NCBI GenBank assembly: GCA_964489685.1
Contig: CAZAZR010000006.1
Coordinates: 1-59,223 of the forward strand
DNA: 59,223 bases
Source: an uncultured Solibacteraceae bacterium
GTDB taxonomy: Bacteria; Acidobacteriota; Vicinamibacteria; Vicinamibacterales; SCN-69-37
Direction: 5' to 3'
Shown: positions 19,541 through 28,730 of the stretch, one piece after another
Layout: each line of letters begins with the position of its first letter
How positions within the stretch are numbered: the first letter of the stretch is position 1
Translations under genes and position numbers: made by a program
The notes under the pieces: generated by a model
What the model saw: only the letters and a program-made list of their open reading frames with translations
Databases searched by the model: none
Told to the model about the DNA's origin: nothing

Positions 19541-19582
19541 GCGTGGCTTCAGGGGCGCCAAATGGCGCCGCTAAAGCCACGC
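19541..19582. terminator. Candidate bidirectional stem-loop terminator between convergent ssb and the cupin gene
   Basis: GCGTGGCTT (19541-19549) pairs with AAGCCACGC (19574-19582). The inner palindrome is GGCGCC-AAAT-GGCGCC. Only a weak T-run follows (TCGATTCTT). Confidence 0.4.
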
Positions 19583-19589
19583 TCGATTC

Positions 19590-19940
19590 TTACGTCTTTC
19601 TTCCGTAGAGGTCCTTGAGCCGGACCACATCGTCGAGCTCTGGCGTCGAGACTTCCATGATGTCCGAGTCTTCGATTGCCGTCATGCGGTGCACCGTGGG
19701 CGGCGTAATGTGCACGGACTCGCCTGGCAACATCTCACGCTCGACGAGCTGGCCGTTCTCCTCGATCTCGAACAGGATCTTGCCTGACCACAGGAAGATC
19801 GTCTCGTCTTTGACGTTGTGGTACTGCAGGCTCAGTGCGTGGCCCTTGTTGACGTGGATGACCTTGCCCACGTAGCGGTCCGTCTTGGCCCAGTGCAGCT
19901 CGTAGCCCCAGGGCTTCTCTACTCGTGTCACGTTCTCCAT
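19590..19940 (-). CDS. Cupin-domain protein (phosphomannose-isomerase type II C-terminal-like)
   Basis: KPWGYELHWA...GKVIHVNKGHALSLQYHNVKDETIF...H cupin motifs. ATG 19940 is preceded by GGAGAGGGAG. It lies 19 nt downstream of the ptsI stop. Confidence 0.7.
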   Translation of the reverse strand: MENVTRVEKPWGYELHWAKTDRYVGKVIHVNKGHALSLQYHNVKDETIFLWSGKILFEIEENGQLVEREMLPGESVHITPPTVHRMTAIEDSDIMEVSTPELDDVVRLKDLYGRKT

Positions 19941-19959
19941 CGTCTCCCTCTCCGTGCGG

Positions 19960-21711
19960 CTACCCTGCCGCAATCGCCCTGTGCATCACTTCTGCGATGG
20001 GCGCCAATAGTCGGTGTACGTCGTCGGCCCCATCGGCGGTCACGGCCTGGCGCGCGCAGGTCGCCGCGAGGCGGCTGTCCACCGCCCGCAGACTTCGCTT
20101 AACGACTGGAAGCGCTGCCGGTGTCATGCTGAACGCCCGGTACCCCAGCCCGACGAGAAGGGCGACCAGCAACGGGTCGGCCGCCATCTCGCCGCACACG
20201 GACAAGTCGCGTCCGGCTCGCCGGCCCGCCACCGCCACCATCCGGAGCAGTCGCAGCACCGCCGGCTCGCGCGGCTCGTAATGGCCAGACAGACGCTCGT
20301 CGGTCCTGTCGATGGCCAAAGTGTACTGGATCAGGTCGTTGGTGCCGACGCTGAGGAAGTCGGCGTCCCTCGCCAGGTGATCGGCGGTCAGGGCGGCTGC
20401 GGGCACTTCGATCATCGCCCCCACCTGAACCGTATGAACGCCCGGGAGGCCGCGCGCAATTTCGCCAATCAGCGCGCGCGCCTGGCGAAACTCCGCCGCA
20501 GACGTGACAAACGGCAACAGGATGCGCAACTGCCCGAATGGCGCCGCGCGCAACAACGCGCGAATCTGTACGCGGAACCGATCATCGTGTTGCAGCGCGG
20601 CACGAACGCCCCGAAGACCGAAGCGCTCACGGTGCGTCAGGCCATGCGTGGCCCGTTCCCATCGCTCCTCGCCGGCGTCGAAGGTGCGAATGGTCACCGG
20701 CCGTGGGGCCATGGCCTCAAGAAGGCGACGGTAGGTCTCGAACTGGGCGTCTTCATCGAGTCCGCCTGCGGCCGGCGCCCGGTCGAGCAGGAACTCGGAA
20801 CGATAGAGGCCAATGCCTTCGGCGCCCACGTCCAGCACCCGTCCGACCTCTTCAGCAATTTCGAGATTCGCGTCGAGTCGGATCCGCAGACCATCGGCGG
20901 TGGCCGCCGGCACGGCCCGCCACTCATCGAGTTTTCGCAGGGCGGCAGTCGCCAATTGCGCGCGCAGCGTCCACCGTTCCAGCGCCTGCTGGTCGGGTTC
21001 CACCACCACTTCGCCCGTGGCGCCATCGATCGCGATCGTCTGTCCAGGCAGAATGACCTGCGTCGCGCTGCCAAGGCCGACGACCGTCGGGATACCGAGC
21101 GACCGCACGAGAATGACCGTGTGGTTGGTCGGACTGCCGACGTCGCAGACCAGCCCACGCACCTTCGACCAATCGAGTTGCGCGGCAATCGAAGGCGAGA
21201 CCTCGTCGGCCACCACAATCAGCGGGCCGTCGAGTTCCTGAACCAGCGACACGAGGGGATCGCGGCCGGGGCGAAGGTTCCGCTGTAATCGGCCTCCCAC
21301 GTCGGCGAGGTCGCCGACGCGCTCGCGCAGCCAGGCGTCGCCCTCCCGGGCGAAGACCTCATGCAGTTCCCCGATCGCCCGCTCAAGCGCCCAATCCGCG
21401 TTGATTCGTTCAGTGCGAATCAGCTCATCCACCCTCGACGCCAGCATCGGGTCATCGAGCATGAGCAGTTGTGCCGCAAAGATCGCGGCCTGTGCCTGGC
21501 CGACGGTTCGCGAGACGCGCGTCGAAATATCCTCGAGTTGGGTGCGAGTGACGGCCCGGGCCGCCCGCAATCGCTGACGCTCCCGATCGACACGACCGGC
21601 GGCCAGCCTGTAGCGAACCTGCCGTGCATCGCTGACGGCCACGACCGCGCGGCCGATGGCCGTCCCCTCAGCGACCCCACGCCCGTTCAGACGCATATTG
21701 GTGCGAGTCAT
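19960..21711 (-). CDS. ptsI: Phosphoenolpyruvate-protein phosphotransferase (PTS Enzyme I)
   Basis: HPr-binding N-domain, the phospho-His region (SPTNHTVILVRSLGIPTVVG) and a PEP-utilising C-domain (FLSVGTNDLIQYTLAIDR, CGEMA). Start at ATG 21711 forms ATGA with the ptsH stop. The 142 upstream codons of the track ORF are discarded. Confidence 0.9.
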   Translation of the reverse strand: MTRTNMRLNGRGVAEGTAIGRAVVAVSDARQVRYRLAAGRVDRERQRLRAARAVTRTQLEDISTRVSRTVGQAQAAIFAAQLLMLDDPMLASRVDELIRTERINADWALERAIGELHEVFAREGDAWLRERVGDLADVGGRLQRNLRPGRDPLVSLVQELDGPLIVVADEVSPSIAAQLDWSKVRGLVCDVGSPTNHTVILVRSLGIPTVVGLGSATQVILPGQTIAIDGATGEVVVEPDQQALERWTLRAQLATAALRKLDEWRAVPAATADGLRIRLDANLEIAEEVGRVLDVGAEGIGLYRSEFLLDRAPAAGGLDEDAQFETYRRLLEAMAPRPVTIRTFDAGEERWERATHGLTHRERFGLRGVRAALQHDDRFRVQIRALLRAAPFGQLRILLPFVTSAAEFRQARALIGEIARGLPGVHTVQVGAMIEVPAAALTADHLARDADFLSVGTNDLIQYTLAIDRTDERLSGHYEPREPAVLRLLRMVAVAGRRAGRDLSVCGEMAADPLLVALLVGLGYRAFSMTPAALPVVKRSLRAVDSRLAATCARQAVTADGADDVHRLLAPIAEVMHRAIAAG

Positions 21712-21974
21712 GGTTCGTCGAATCCACGCCCGACCAGGGCCGCCAGCGAATCCAGCGCGTCCATGGCATCCGGCCCAGACGCCGAGAGTTCGAGCGAGGC
21801 TCCCCTGGGGGCGGCCAGTAGCAACAGTCCGAGAATGCTCTTGCCATCGACTGTCCTCGAGCCACGTGTGATCGTGATCTGGCTCGTGAATCGCCCGGCA
21901 TGATGGACGAATCTGGCGGCCGCACGTGCGTGAAGCCCCAGCGCGTTGACGATGGTTACCGTACGCGCCTCCAT
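21708..21974 (-). CDS. ptsH: Phosphocarrier protein HPr
   Basis: 88 aa. The His-15 site GLHARAA and the Ser-46 regulatory site DGKSILGLL are both present. Confidence 0.9.
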   Translation of the reverse strand: MEARTVTIVNALGLHARAAARFVHHAGRFTSQITITRGSRTVDGKSILGLLLLAAPRGASLELSASGPDAMDALDSLAALVGRGFDEP

Positions 21975-21982
21975 GCGGCCAA

Positions 21983-22429
21983 TCAGCCGGCCGTGCCGCG
22001 CAACAGGTCGGACGCCACACGAATCGCCTGTCGGCCATCGTCGGCGATCGCTCTGGCGGCCGCGAGCACGTTCCCGGTGGCGGCCGCGCGCGCGAGTTTG
22101 ATGAGCATCGGCAGGTTGACCCCGGTGACCACCTCAATGCGGTCGGCTTCGAGGAAGGTCATGGCCAGATTGGACGGCGTGCCACCGAACATATCGGTCA
22201 GCAGCAGGACGCCCGCGCCGGTGTCCACACGCGCGATCGCCCGTGACATCGCGCTGGTGGCCACAGGCACGTCGTCGTGCCATCCGATCGAGACCGCTGT
22301 GAACCCAGGCAGGTCACCCACGATCGTCTCGGCAGCATTCAGCAACTCAGTCGCCAGAAGCCCGTGGGTCACGATCACCACGCCGACCACAGGGCCGGCT
22401 GGCAGAGGGACGGGGTCATTGTCAGACAT
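21983..22429 (-). CDS. PTS EIIA component, mannose/fructose family
   Basis: VGVVIVTHGLLATELL (phospho-His in the THG context) and LLLTDMFGGTPSN motifs of EIIA-Man. ATG 22429 overlaps the rapZ stop by 8 nt. Confidence 0.8.
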   Translation of the reverse strand: MSDNDPVPLPAGPVVGVVIVTHGLLATELLNAAETIVGDLPGFTAVSIGWHDDVPVATSAMSRAIARVDTGAGVLLLTDMFGGTPSNLAMTFLEADRIEVVTGVNLPMLIKLARAAATGNVLAAARAIADDGRQAIRVASDLLRGTAG

Positions 22430-23309
22430 TGGCCAACTCCCTGTGTCGAACCCGCACCTGCACGTGACGCGTCCGGCGAAGCGCCCGTCCGAGGGCTTCC
22501 GCAATGGCCACACTGCGGTGTCGGCCCCCCGTGCAGCCGATCGCCACGGTCAGGTAGGCCTTCCCTTCGGCCACATATTGCGGCAGGAGGAACCGCAACA
22601 GCGCGGTTGTCAGCGTCATGAATCTTGTCGTTTCAGGCAGCCCAAGCACGTAGCGTGCCACCTTGCGATCGAGGCCAGAGAGGGGCCTCAGGGTTGGCAC
22701 AAAATGCGGGTTTTTCAGGAAGCGGACATCGAACATGAGGTCGGCGTCCGACGGCACGCCGCGTTTGAACGCGAAACTCTGGAGCGTGACCGCCAGTGGC
22801 GTTGTCGCGGGCGTGCCTCCACCGAATGCGAGCATCTGCCGCCGCAGGTCATGCACCGTCAGGCGCGTGGTGTCGAGCACGTAGTCCGCCAGTTTCCTGA
22901 TCGGTGCCAGCCGGCGTGATTCTTCGGCGACGCCCTCGGCCGCAGAGCGCCCGCGGCCAAGCGGGTGCGGGCGGCGCGTTTCACTGAACCGCCGCACGAG
23001 GGCGTCAGCCTTCGCTTCAAGAAACACGAGCGTGGTGTGCACATCGGCGCGTCGCTTCAACGTGCGGTACACCGCCGGCAGTTGCGACAACCGGGCGCCC
23101 TCGCGCACATCGACCACGACGGCGACGCGGCGGCGCGTGTCGTCATCCCTGACGATAAGATCGACAAAGGTCGGAATGAGCGCGACCGGCAGGTTATCGA
23201 TGCAGTAGAAGCCGAGATCTTCAAGCGCGTGGATGGCCTGGGACTTCCCTGCTCCCGAAAGGCCGGTGACGACCACAAGCTGAGGGCTCGGGTGTCGTGC
23301 CTTCGCCAT
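22422..23309 (-). CDS. rapZ: RNase adapter / nucleotide-binding protein RapZ (YvcJ family)
   Basis: VVVTGLSGAGKSQAIHALEDLGFYCIDNLP at the N-terminus from ATG 23309, and the C-terminal IGCTGGRHRSV motif. The 85 upstream codons in the track are discarded. Confidence 0.9.
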   Translation of the reverse strand: MAKARHPSPQLVVVTGLSGAGKSQAIHALEDLGFYCIDNLPVALIPTFVDLIVRDDDTRRRVAVVVDVREGARLSQLPAVYRTLKRRADVHTTLVFLEAKADALVRRFSETRRPHPLGRGRSAAEGVAEESRRLAPIRKLADYVLDTTRLTVHDLRRQMLAFGGGTPATTPLAVTLQSFAFKRGVPSDADLMFDVRFLKNPHFVPTLRPLSGLDRKVARYVLGLPETTRFMTLTTALLRFLLPQYVAEGKAYLTVAIGCTGGRHRSVAIAEALGRALRRTRHVQVRVRHRELANV

Positions 23310-24280
23310 CAGTCGTCCTCCTGTCCGGAGTCGTCCTGGCGTTCGGCGGCACGCGCGAGACGGTCCTCCAGACGACCGGCCAGCAGCCGTGCGGCGTGGC
23401 GCCCACGTGACCGGAGCAGCGTATTTCTCGCGGCCACCTCCACCAGCATCGCGACGTTTCTGCCCGGAGCCACCGGCATGCGAATCAGGGGGATCGACAC
23501 CCCCAGCTGCTCGCGGGTTTCCACCGTCAGGCCCAGCCGATCGTACTCGCGACCCAGCTCCCATCGCTCGAGTTGGACCACCAGTTCGATCCGTTTTGAC
23601 GACCGTGTGGCGGCTACACCGAACAGGTCGGTTACGTTCACGAGGCCCAGCCCGCGAATCTCCACGTAGTGCCGGGTCATTTCAGGGCAGCTGCCAATCA
23701 GCACCGATTCGCCCCGCACCTTCACCTCAACGGTATCGTCGGCGACGAGCCGATGGCCGCGGCAGACCAGATCGAGTGCGCACTCACTCTTGCCGATGCC
23801 ACTCTCGCCGGTAATCAGCACCCCCAGGCCCAGGATGTCCAACAGCACGCCGTGCAGCACTTCGCGCGCGGCCATCCGGTCTTCGAGCAGTGTCGTGAGC
23901 CTGGCCATCGCGGTCGGCGTGGTGGCGCGAGTCCGCAGGACAGGGACGCCCGCCCGCTCTGCTTCAGCCAGCAGTTCGGCCGGCGCCTCGAGCCCCAGCG
24001 TCAGAACCACGCATGGGAAATCACGGGTAAACAGCCGTGCCAGCGACCGCCGCCGTTCGTCGACTTCCATGCGTTCGAGGAATCGGATTTCACTCTCGCC
24101 GAACACCAGCACCCGACCAGGCCGAAGATACTCATCAAATCCCGCCAACGCGAGGCCCGTCTTCTGCGCGTATGGCAGGGTGATTCCGCGCTCCAGCCCA
24201 GCGGCACCGGCCAGCAGATCGAAATCAAGGCCGGCGCCGGCTCCGCGAGCCCCAAGCAGGGACGCCACTGCCACTGACAT
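23309..24280 (-). CDS. hprK: HPr kinase/phosphorylase, full-length two-domain form
   Basis: P-loop GESGIGKSECALDL, followed by GHRLVADD and the EIRGLG signature. An N-terminal domain of about 130 aa is present. Confidence 0.9.
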   Translation of the reverse strand: MSVAVASLLGARGAGAGLDFDLLAGAAGLERGITLPYAQKTGLALAGFDEYLRPGRVLVFGESEIRFLERMEVDERRRSLARLFTRDFPCVVLTLGLEAPAELLAEAERAGVPVLRTRATTPTAMARLTTLLEDRMAAREVLHGVLLDILGLGVLITGESGIGKSECALDLVCRGHRLVADDTVEVKVRGESVLIGSCPEMTRHYVEIRGLGLVNVTDLFGVAATRSSKRIELVVQLERWELGREYDRLGLTVETREQLGVSIPLIRMPVAPGRNVAMLVEVAARNTLLRSRGRHAARLLAGRLEDRLARAAERQDDSGQEDD

Positions 24281-25701
24281 CAGAAGAACACCTTGCGCTG
24301 GTTGGAGGTGGGAATCCGCAACTCCTCGCGATACTTCGCGATCGTGCGGCGCGCGAGCACCAGGCCTTCGCGCTGCAGCACATTCATGATCTTCGAGTCG
24401 CTCATCGGCCGCTTGGCATCTTCCCCTTCGATGATCTTCTTGATGCGCTGCTTGATCGTCACCGACGACACATTCTCGCCGTACGAACTGCTGATGCCGC
24501 TGTGGAAGAAATACTTCATCTCGTACACGCCCTGAGGCGTGTGCATGTACTTGTTGTTCACCACGCGCGACACTGTGGACTCGTGCATTCCGATGTCGTT
24601 CGCCACGTCTCTCAGCACCAGGGGGCGCAGGTGTTCGATCCCCTTGTCGAGAAACTCACTCTGGAACGTGATGATGCTGGTCGCGACCTTCACGATCGTC
24701 TTCTGGCGCTGGTCCACCGACTTCAGCAGCCAGAGCGCCGATCGAAACTTGTCTTTGACGTACGCCCGGGTCTCGTCGGAGGTCTCGCCACCCTTGTCGA
24801 GCAGCCGGCGGTAGACGGGACTGATCCGCAACTGCGGCAGCCCCTCTTCGTTGAGGACGGCCCGATAGCCGTCTTCGGTTTTGATGATGTAGATGTCTGG
24901 AATGACGTACTGAGAATTCGCCGGCGTGTAGCGGGCTCCCGGCTTCGGGTCAAGGTGCCGCACGACCTCGAGGTACGTCTTGATCTCCTCGGGCGGCAAC
25001 CCAAGCACCTTGGCCAGTTCCGGCACACGGTGGTTCTGCAGCAGCGGCAAGTGGTCACGCACCAGCGTCTCCACCGGCGTCCCGGCCAGGCCGGCACCTC
25101 GCAGTTGCAAGAGCAGACATTCCTGCAGGTCCCGCGCGCCGACCCCAATCGGGTCGAACGACTGCAGGTGCTCAAGCGCCTTCTCGACGATGGCGACGTC
25201 CCAGGGGCCCAGGCCGGCGATTTCCCCGATGGACGCGACGAGGTACCCGTCGTCATCAATGTTGCCGACGATGGCTTCCCCGATTTCGCGAATCAGCGGG
25301 TCGGTGGTCTGCAGGCTCAGCTGCCACTCCAGGTGATCCGCCAGCGAGCCCCGATTGGCCAGCGTGTTTTCAATCGGCGGCAATTCACGCACTTCGTAGG
25401 ACTGCTTCGGTCGATAGCCGTCGTTGAGGTAGTCGCCGAAGAAGTACTCGTAGTCGGCGTCGTCCCACGTGTCGCCTTTTTCGTCCGTCTTGTCGGGAAC
25501 AGGCTCCGCCTCGGCGGCGGCCTCAGGTGCGGGCAGGTCCTCGGCCGACTCCTCGAGCAGTGGGTTCTCGATCATCTCCTGGTTGAGCAACTCCGCCAGC
25601 TCGATCGTCGTCATCGGCAGCAGCTTGATGGCTTGCTGGAGCGATGGCGTCAGAATCAGCTTCTGAGAGAGCCGCGCGGAGAGTTTTTGTGAAAGGGCCA
25701 T
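24280..25701 (-). CDS. rpoN: RNA polymerase sigma-54 factor
   Basis: N-terminal region I (LSQKLILTPSLQQAIKLL), an acidic region II, a C-terminal HTH and the RpoN box ARRTIAKYREELRIP. Confidence 0.95.
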   Translation of the reverse strand: MALSQKLSARLSQKLILTPSLQQAIKLLPMTTIELAELLNQEMIENPLLEESAEDLPAPEAAAEAEPVPDKTDEKGDTWDDADYEYFFGDYLNDGYRPKQSYEVRELPPIENTLANRGSLADHLEWQLSLQTTDPLIREIGEAIVGNIDDDGYLVASIGEIAGLGPWDVAIVEKALEHLQSFDPIGVGARDLQECLLLQLRGAGLAGTPVETLVRDHLPLLQNHRVPELAKVLGLPPEEIKTYLEVVRHLDPKPGARYTPANSQYVIPDIYIIKTEDGYRAVLNEEGLPQLRISPVYRRLLDKGGETSDETRAYVKDKFRSALWLLKSVDQRQKTIVKVATSIITFQSEFLDKGIEHLRPLVLRDVANDIGMHESTVSRVVNNKYMHTPQGVYEMKYFFHSGISSSYGENVSSVTIKQRIKKIIEGEDAKRPMSDSKIMNVLQREGLVLARRTIAKYREELRIPTSNQRKVFF

Positions 25702-25731
25702 CAGGGACGAAATTTCACTGTCAAAACCATC

Positions 25732-26457
25732 TTAGTCCAGCCGGAAATCGGTCCCGAGATAAATCCGCTTCACATCGTCGTCTGCGGCCAGCGCCTGGGG
25801 TGTGCCGCTGCGGAAGATCGCGCCATCGTGCACGATGTACGCGCGGTCGGTAATCTTCAGGGTCTCTCGCACGTTGTGGTCGGTGACCAGCACGCCGATA
25901 CCGCGAGTCTTGAGGTGCACCACGATCTGCTGGATGTCGCTGACCGCGATCGGGTCGATACCGGCAAACGGCTCGTCGAGCAGGATGAACTTCGGTGAAT
26001 TCACCAGTGCGCGAGTGATCTCGGTCCTGCGGCGTTCGCCCCCAGACAGCGTGTACGCCTTGGACCGGGCGAGCGCCGTGAGGCCGAGCTCTCCGAGGAG
26101 CGTCTTGAGCCGCGTGCGCCGGTCCGCAGCCGACAGCGGCAGCGTCTCAAGAATCGCCAGGATGTTCTGCTCCACCGTCAGGCCCCGGAAGATGGAGGCT
26201 TCCTGGGGCAGGTAGCCGATGCCCTTGCGGGACCGGACGTACATCGCATCGCTCGTAACATCCGCGTCATCGAGGAGCACCCGCCCGCTATCGGGCGCCG
26301 TCAAACCGACGACCATGCCGAACGTGGTCGTCTTGCCCGCCCCGTTCGGCCCCAGCAAACCGACGATTTCGCCGGAGGACACGGAGATGTCTACCCCCTT
26401 GACGACCGTACGACCACCGTAGGCCTTGGTCAGGCCCTCAGTTCTCAGGGTCGCCAC
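25732..26457 (-). CDS. lptB: LPS export ABC transporter ATP-binding protein LptB
   Basis: [12 protein letters not shown] Walker A, LSGGERRR signature and [12 protein letters not shown] Walker B. Position between the lptC/A-like gene and rpoN. GTG start overlaps the upstream stop by 1 nt. Confidence 0.9.
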   Translation of the reverse strand: MATLRTEGLTKAYGGRTVVKGVDISVSSGEIVGLLGPNGAGKTTTFGMVVGLTAPDSGRVLLDDADVTSDAMYVRSRKGIGYLPQEASIFRGLTVEQNILAILETLPLSAADRRTRLKTLLGELGLTALARSKAYTLSGGERRRTEITRALVNSPKFILLDEPFAGIDPIAVSDIQQIVVHLKTRGIGVLVTDHNVRETLKITDRAYIVHDGAIFRSGTPQALAADDDVKRIYLGTDFRLD

Positions 26458-28730
26458 TACTTGAGGACCTCAGCGCATTTCCGCTCCCGTGCCGTGCCCA
26501 CTGAGCCTCCCTTGTTCTTCACATTCGACCATCCTTCGGTCCGGAGAAACGACAGCTCGGTCCCGGTCCCGACTTCGCAGATGCCAGGTCCCTGCGTTGC
26601 CGAGCGGGACACAAACAGCGCCTGCGCACCGGTGACCACATACCGATCAGCCTCTGCATCGTATGTCAACCGCGAGCCGATGGTGACCCGGCCTTCGGGC
26701 AATGTCGCCCGGACCTCGCCCTTGTCGGCGGCCACCGCTTCGAGGTTCTTGAGCGCGCGGCGCTCGGCCAGCATGTCGAGCGTGATGCGCTCTGCCGTGA
26801 TCCGCTGGGGCTCACCCGCTTCAACGGTGTCCATGCTTGCGGCGCCCGAGTACACCAGGCGGCGGGTCGCGTCGGTGTACGTCATGCGATTGCTCGTGAA
26901 GACCGTGCGGCCTTGCGTCTTGGCATCGCGTTGCCCTGGGGCCTGCTCGATGAGGAACTCGGATCGCACGCGGCCATTGGCTTCGATGTCCTGCTTCTGT
27001 TCATCAAGCTGGACGGTGTCTGCCCGGATGACGCTGGCCTCCTTGCTCCCTTCACCCCTTTGCAGCAACACCACGTCGCCGGTGTACACCGCAATACCCG
27101 TGGCTTCGGCGTAGGTCAACGCGTTCGCGCGGCCCGAGATCGGCTTGCCGCCATCGAACAACCCCGCGGACTTCGGCTGGTTCGCGGCGGTCCCGACCTT
27201 TGGCTTGATCGTGGATTCCACCTGCCCTCTCGCTTTGAACGCGTCGCGCCGAATATCAAGGTCGATCTCGGTAGCCGTGACATCGAACTCCTGGTTCACC
27301 ACCCTGGACAGTGACTTCGACGCGCCAGGCCGCAGTTGCAGGGTCTCGCCTTTGGCGTCATACACTCCCTCGTCGCCGGCCGCGGCAACCGAATCTTCCC
27401 TGTTCCCGATCACCGCAGGCATCCGCGTGGCGGCGCACTGGACACTGGCTGCAGGGGGCGTCGGCGCCATGGGGCCCACGAAACAGAAATTCTGGCGAAA
27501 GTCCGCCACGGTGACCTGGTTGAGTGCGCCCTCGAGATTGAGCACCAGCGAGTTCGACGCCGCTACGCGAATGGCTGCCGCCTGTCCTCGTGCAGCCGGC
27601 AACGTTTCGCGATACTGCACACCTCCGGAAAATACCGCGCGGTCGAGGCCCTTCGATTCGGGCCCCTGTGCGAGGAGGGTAGATGACTGAATCGTGCGGG
27701 CCGGCGTGTCTCCGTCGCGTGGCAGGACGACCTCCGTCGGTGCTGTCGTCGAGAGCCGCGTCAGTGCGTGCCCGTCTGCCCCAACGAAGAACTCGATATC
27801 GCTGCCGGTGACGCGGGTGATGCTGTTGCCATCACGCGTGGTCAGCACGGCGCTGCCACCGATTTGCGCGTGCGCGAGGAAACCGGTCTCTGGCGCGAAG
27901 TCCATGAAGATCTGATCGCCACGCATGTCCGGCCGGTCACCCCCGCCCGTCTGCCTGACCACGGACTTGCCTTCCAGCTCGATCCGATTGACGGTCTGCG
28001 TGTTTTCGCCAAACCGAACAACCATGGCATCCGCGCTGAAATGCTGATCGTCGCGGGCCAGTTGCGTGCCTTCTTCGGCTCGAAGGTACCGGTCCGCCTC
28101 GGCCAGCCCGATGCGCGTTGCCGTAATCACGACCGAAGGCCCGGTGCCCTCCGCGGAAATGGTGAGGCGCGACTGGTCGTACATCCAGAACACGGAGCGG
28201 TCCATATAGAGATCGCCGCCCACGCCTTCGCCCGCCATGCGCTCGCGCCTGAACCGTACCGGCCCCGGGAACGTCGTCCGTTTTTCCTCATTGAGGTACG
28301 TGGCTTCGTCGCCTTCGACCACAAACCCGTTGGGGCCGGTCATGCGCACCTTCCGGCGGAATACGACGGTTTTGGGCTGATCCCCTTTCGGCCCGGAGGT
28401 CCCGGCGGTCTCCGCCACACCGGCGACCACCGTGTAGGGGGCTCCGTTGTGGTCAAACGTCATGCTGACTTCTTCGAACACCGTGCGGCCATCCGCCAAC
28501 AGACGCATCCGCTTATAGGCGTTCTCGTAACTCACGAGGCCGGTAATGACGTCAACCACCTTCTGCGTGCCCTCGGCCGAGGTCGCGGTCACGGTCGCAT
28601 CGAGCATGGTGGTTGGCGGGAGCGTCGGCGACGTCTCCACGGGCTTCTTGCGCAGCACGATGTACACCGCAACAGCGCAGCCAAGGCCGATGAGGGCGAC
28701 CACGACCCGCGCGACTTTGTGCCACTTCAC
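26457..28730 (-). CDS. Membrane-anchored multi-module OstA/LptA-like protein (putative fused LptC-LptA bridge), 757 aa
   Basis: N-terminal anchor [21 protein letters not shown]. Several segments have the LptA-type pattern (A..L.Y......Y.G.V.L.........AD.....), e.g. [26 protein letters not shown]...[10 protein letters not shown] and [17 protein letters not shown]...ITAERITLD. It occupies the slot taken by lptC-lptA in the canonical lptCAB-rpoN locus. Module count not determined. Confidence 0.55.
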   Translation of the reverse strand: MKWHKVARVVVALIGLGCAVAVYIVLRKKPVETSPTLPPTTMLDATVTATSAEGTQKVVDVITGLVSYENAYKRMRLLADGRTVFEEVSMTFDHNGAPYTVVAGVAETAGTSGPKGDQPKTVVFRRKVRMTGPNGFVVEGDEATYLNEEKRTTFPGPVRFRRERMAGEGVGGDLYMDRSVFWMYDQSRLTISAEGTGPSVVITATRIGLAEADRYLRAEEGTQLARDDQHFSADAMVVRFGENTQTVNRIELEGKSVVRQTGGGDRPDMRGDQIFMDFAPETGFLAHAQIGGSAVLTTRDGNSITRVTGSDIEFFVGADGHALTRLSTTAPTEVVLPRDGDTPARTIQSSTLLAQGPESKGLDRAVFSGGVQYRETLPAARGQAAAIRVAASNSLVLNLEGALNQVTVADFRQNFCFVGPMAPTPPAASVQCAATRMPAVIGNREDSVAAAGDEGVYDAKGETLQLRPGASKSLSRVVNQEFDVTATEIDLDIRRDAFKARGQVESTIKPKVGTAANQPKSAGLFDGGKPISGRANALTYAEATGIAVYTGDVVLLQRGEGSKEASVIRADTVQLDEQKQDIEANGRVRSEFLIEQAPGQRDAKTQGRTVFTSNRMTYTDATRRLVYSGAASMDTVEAGEPQRITAERITLDMLAERRALKNLEAVAADKGEVRATLPEGRVTIGSRLTYDAEADRYVVTGAQALFVSRSATQGPGICEVGTGTELSFLRTEGWSNVKNKGGSVGTARERKCAEVLK

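Noticed and set aside
21712-22137. N-terminal extensions of track ORFs, e.g. 142 extra codons on ptsI, 85 on rapZ, 150 on mutS, 47 on parB and 28 on metK
   Set aside because: The extensions overlap the upstream gene in another frame and lack homology-like sequence. Internal starts reproduce canonical N-termini and give ATGA/GTGA-type coupling or a Shine-Dalgarno sequence.
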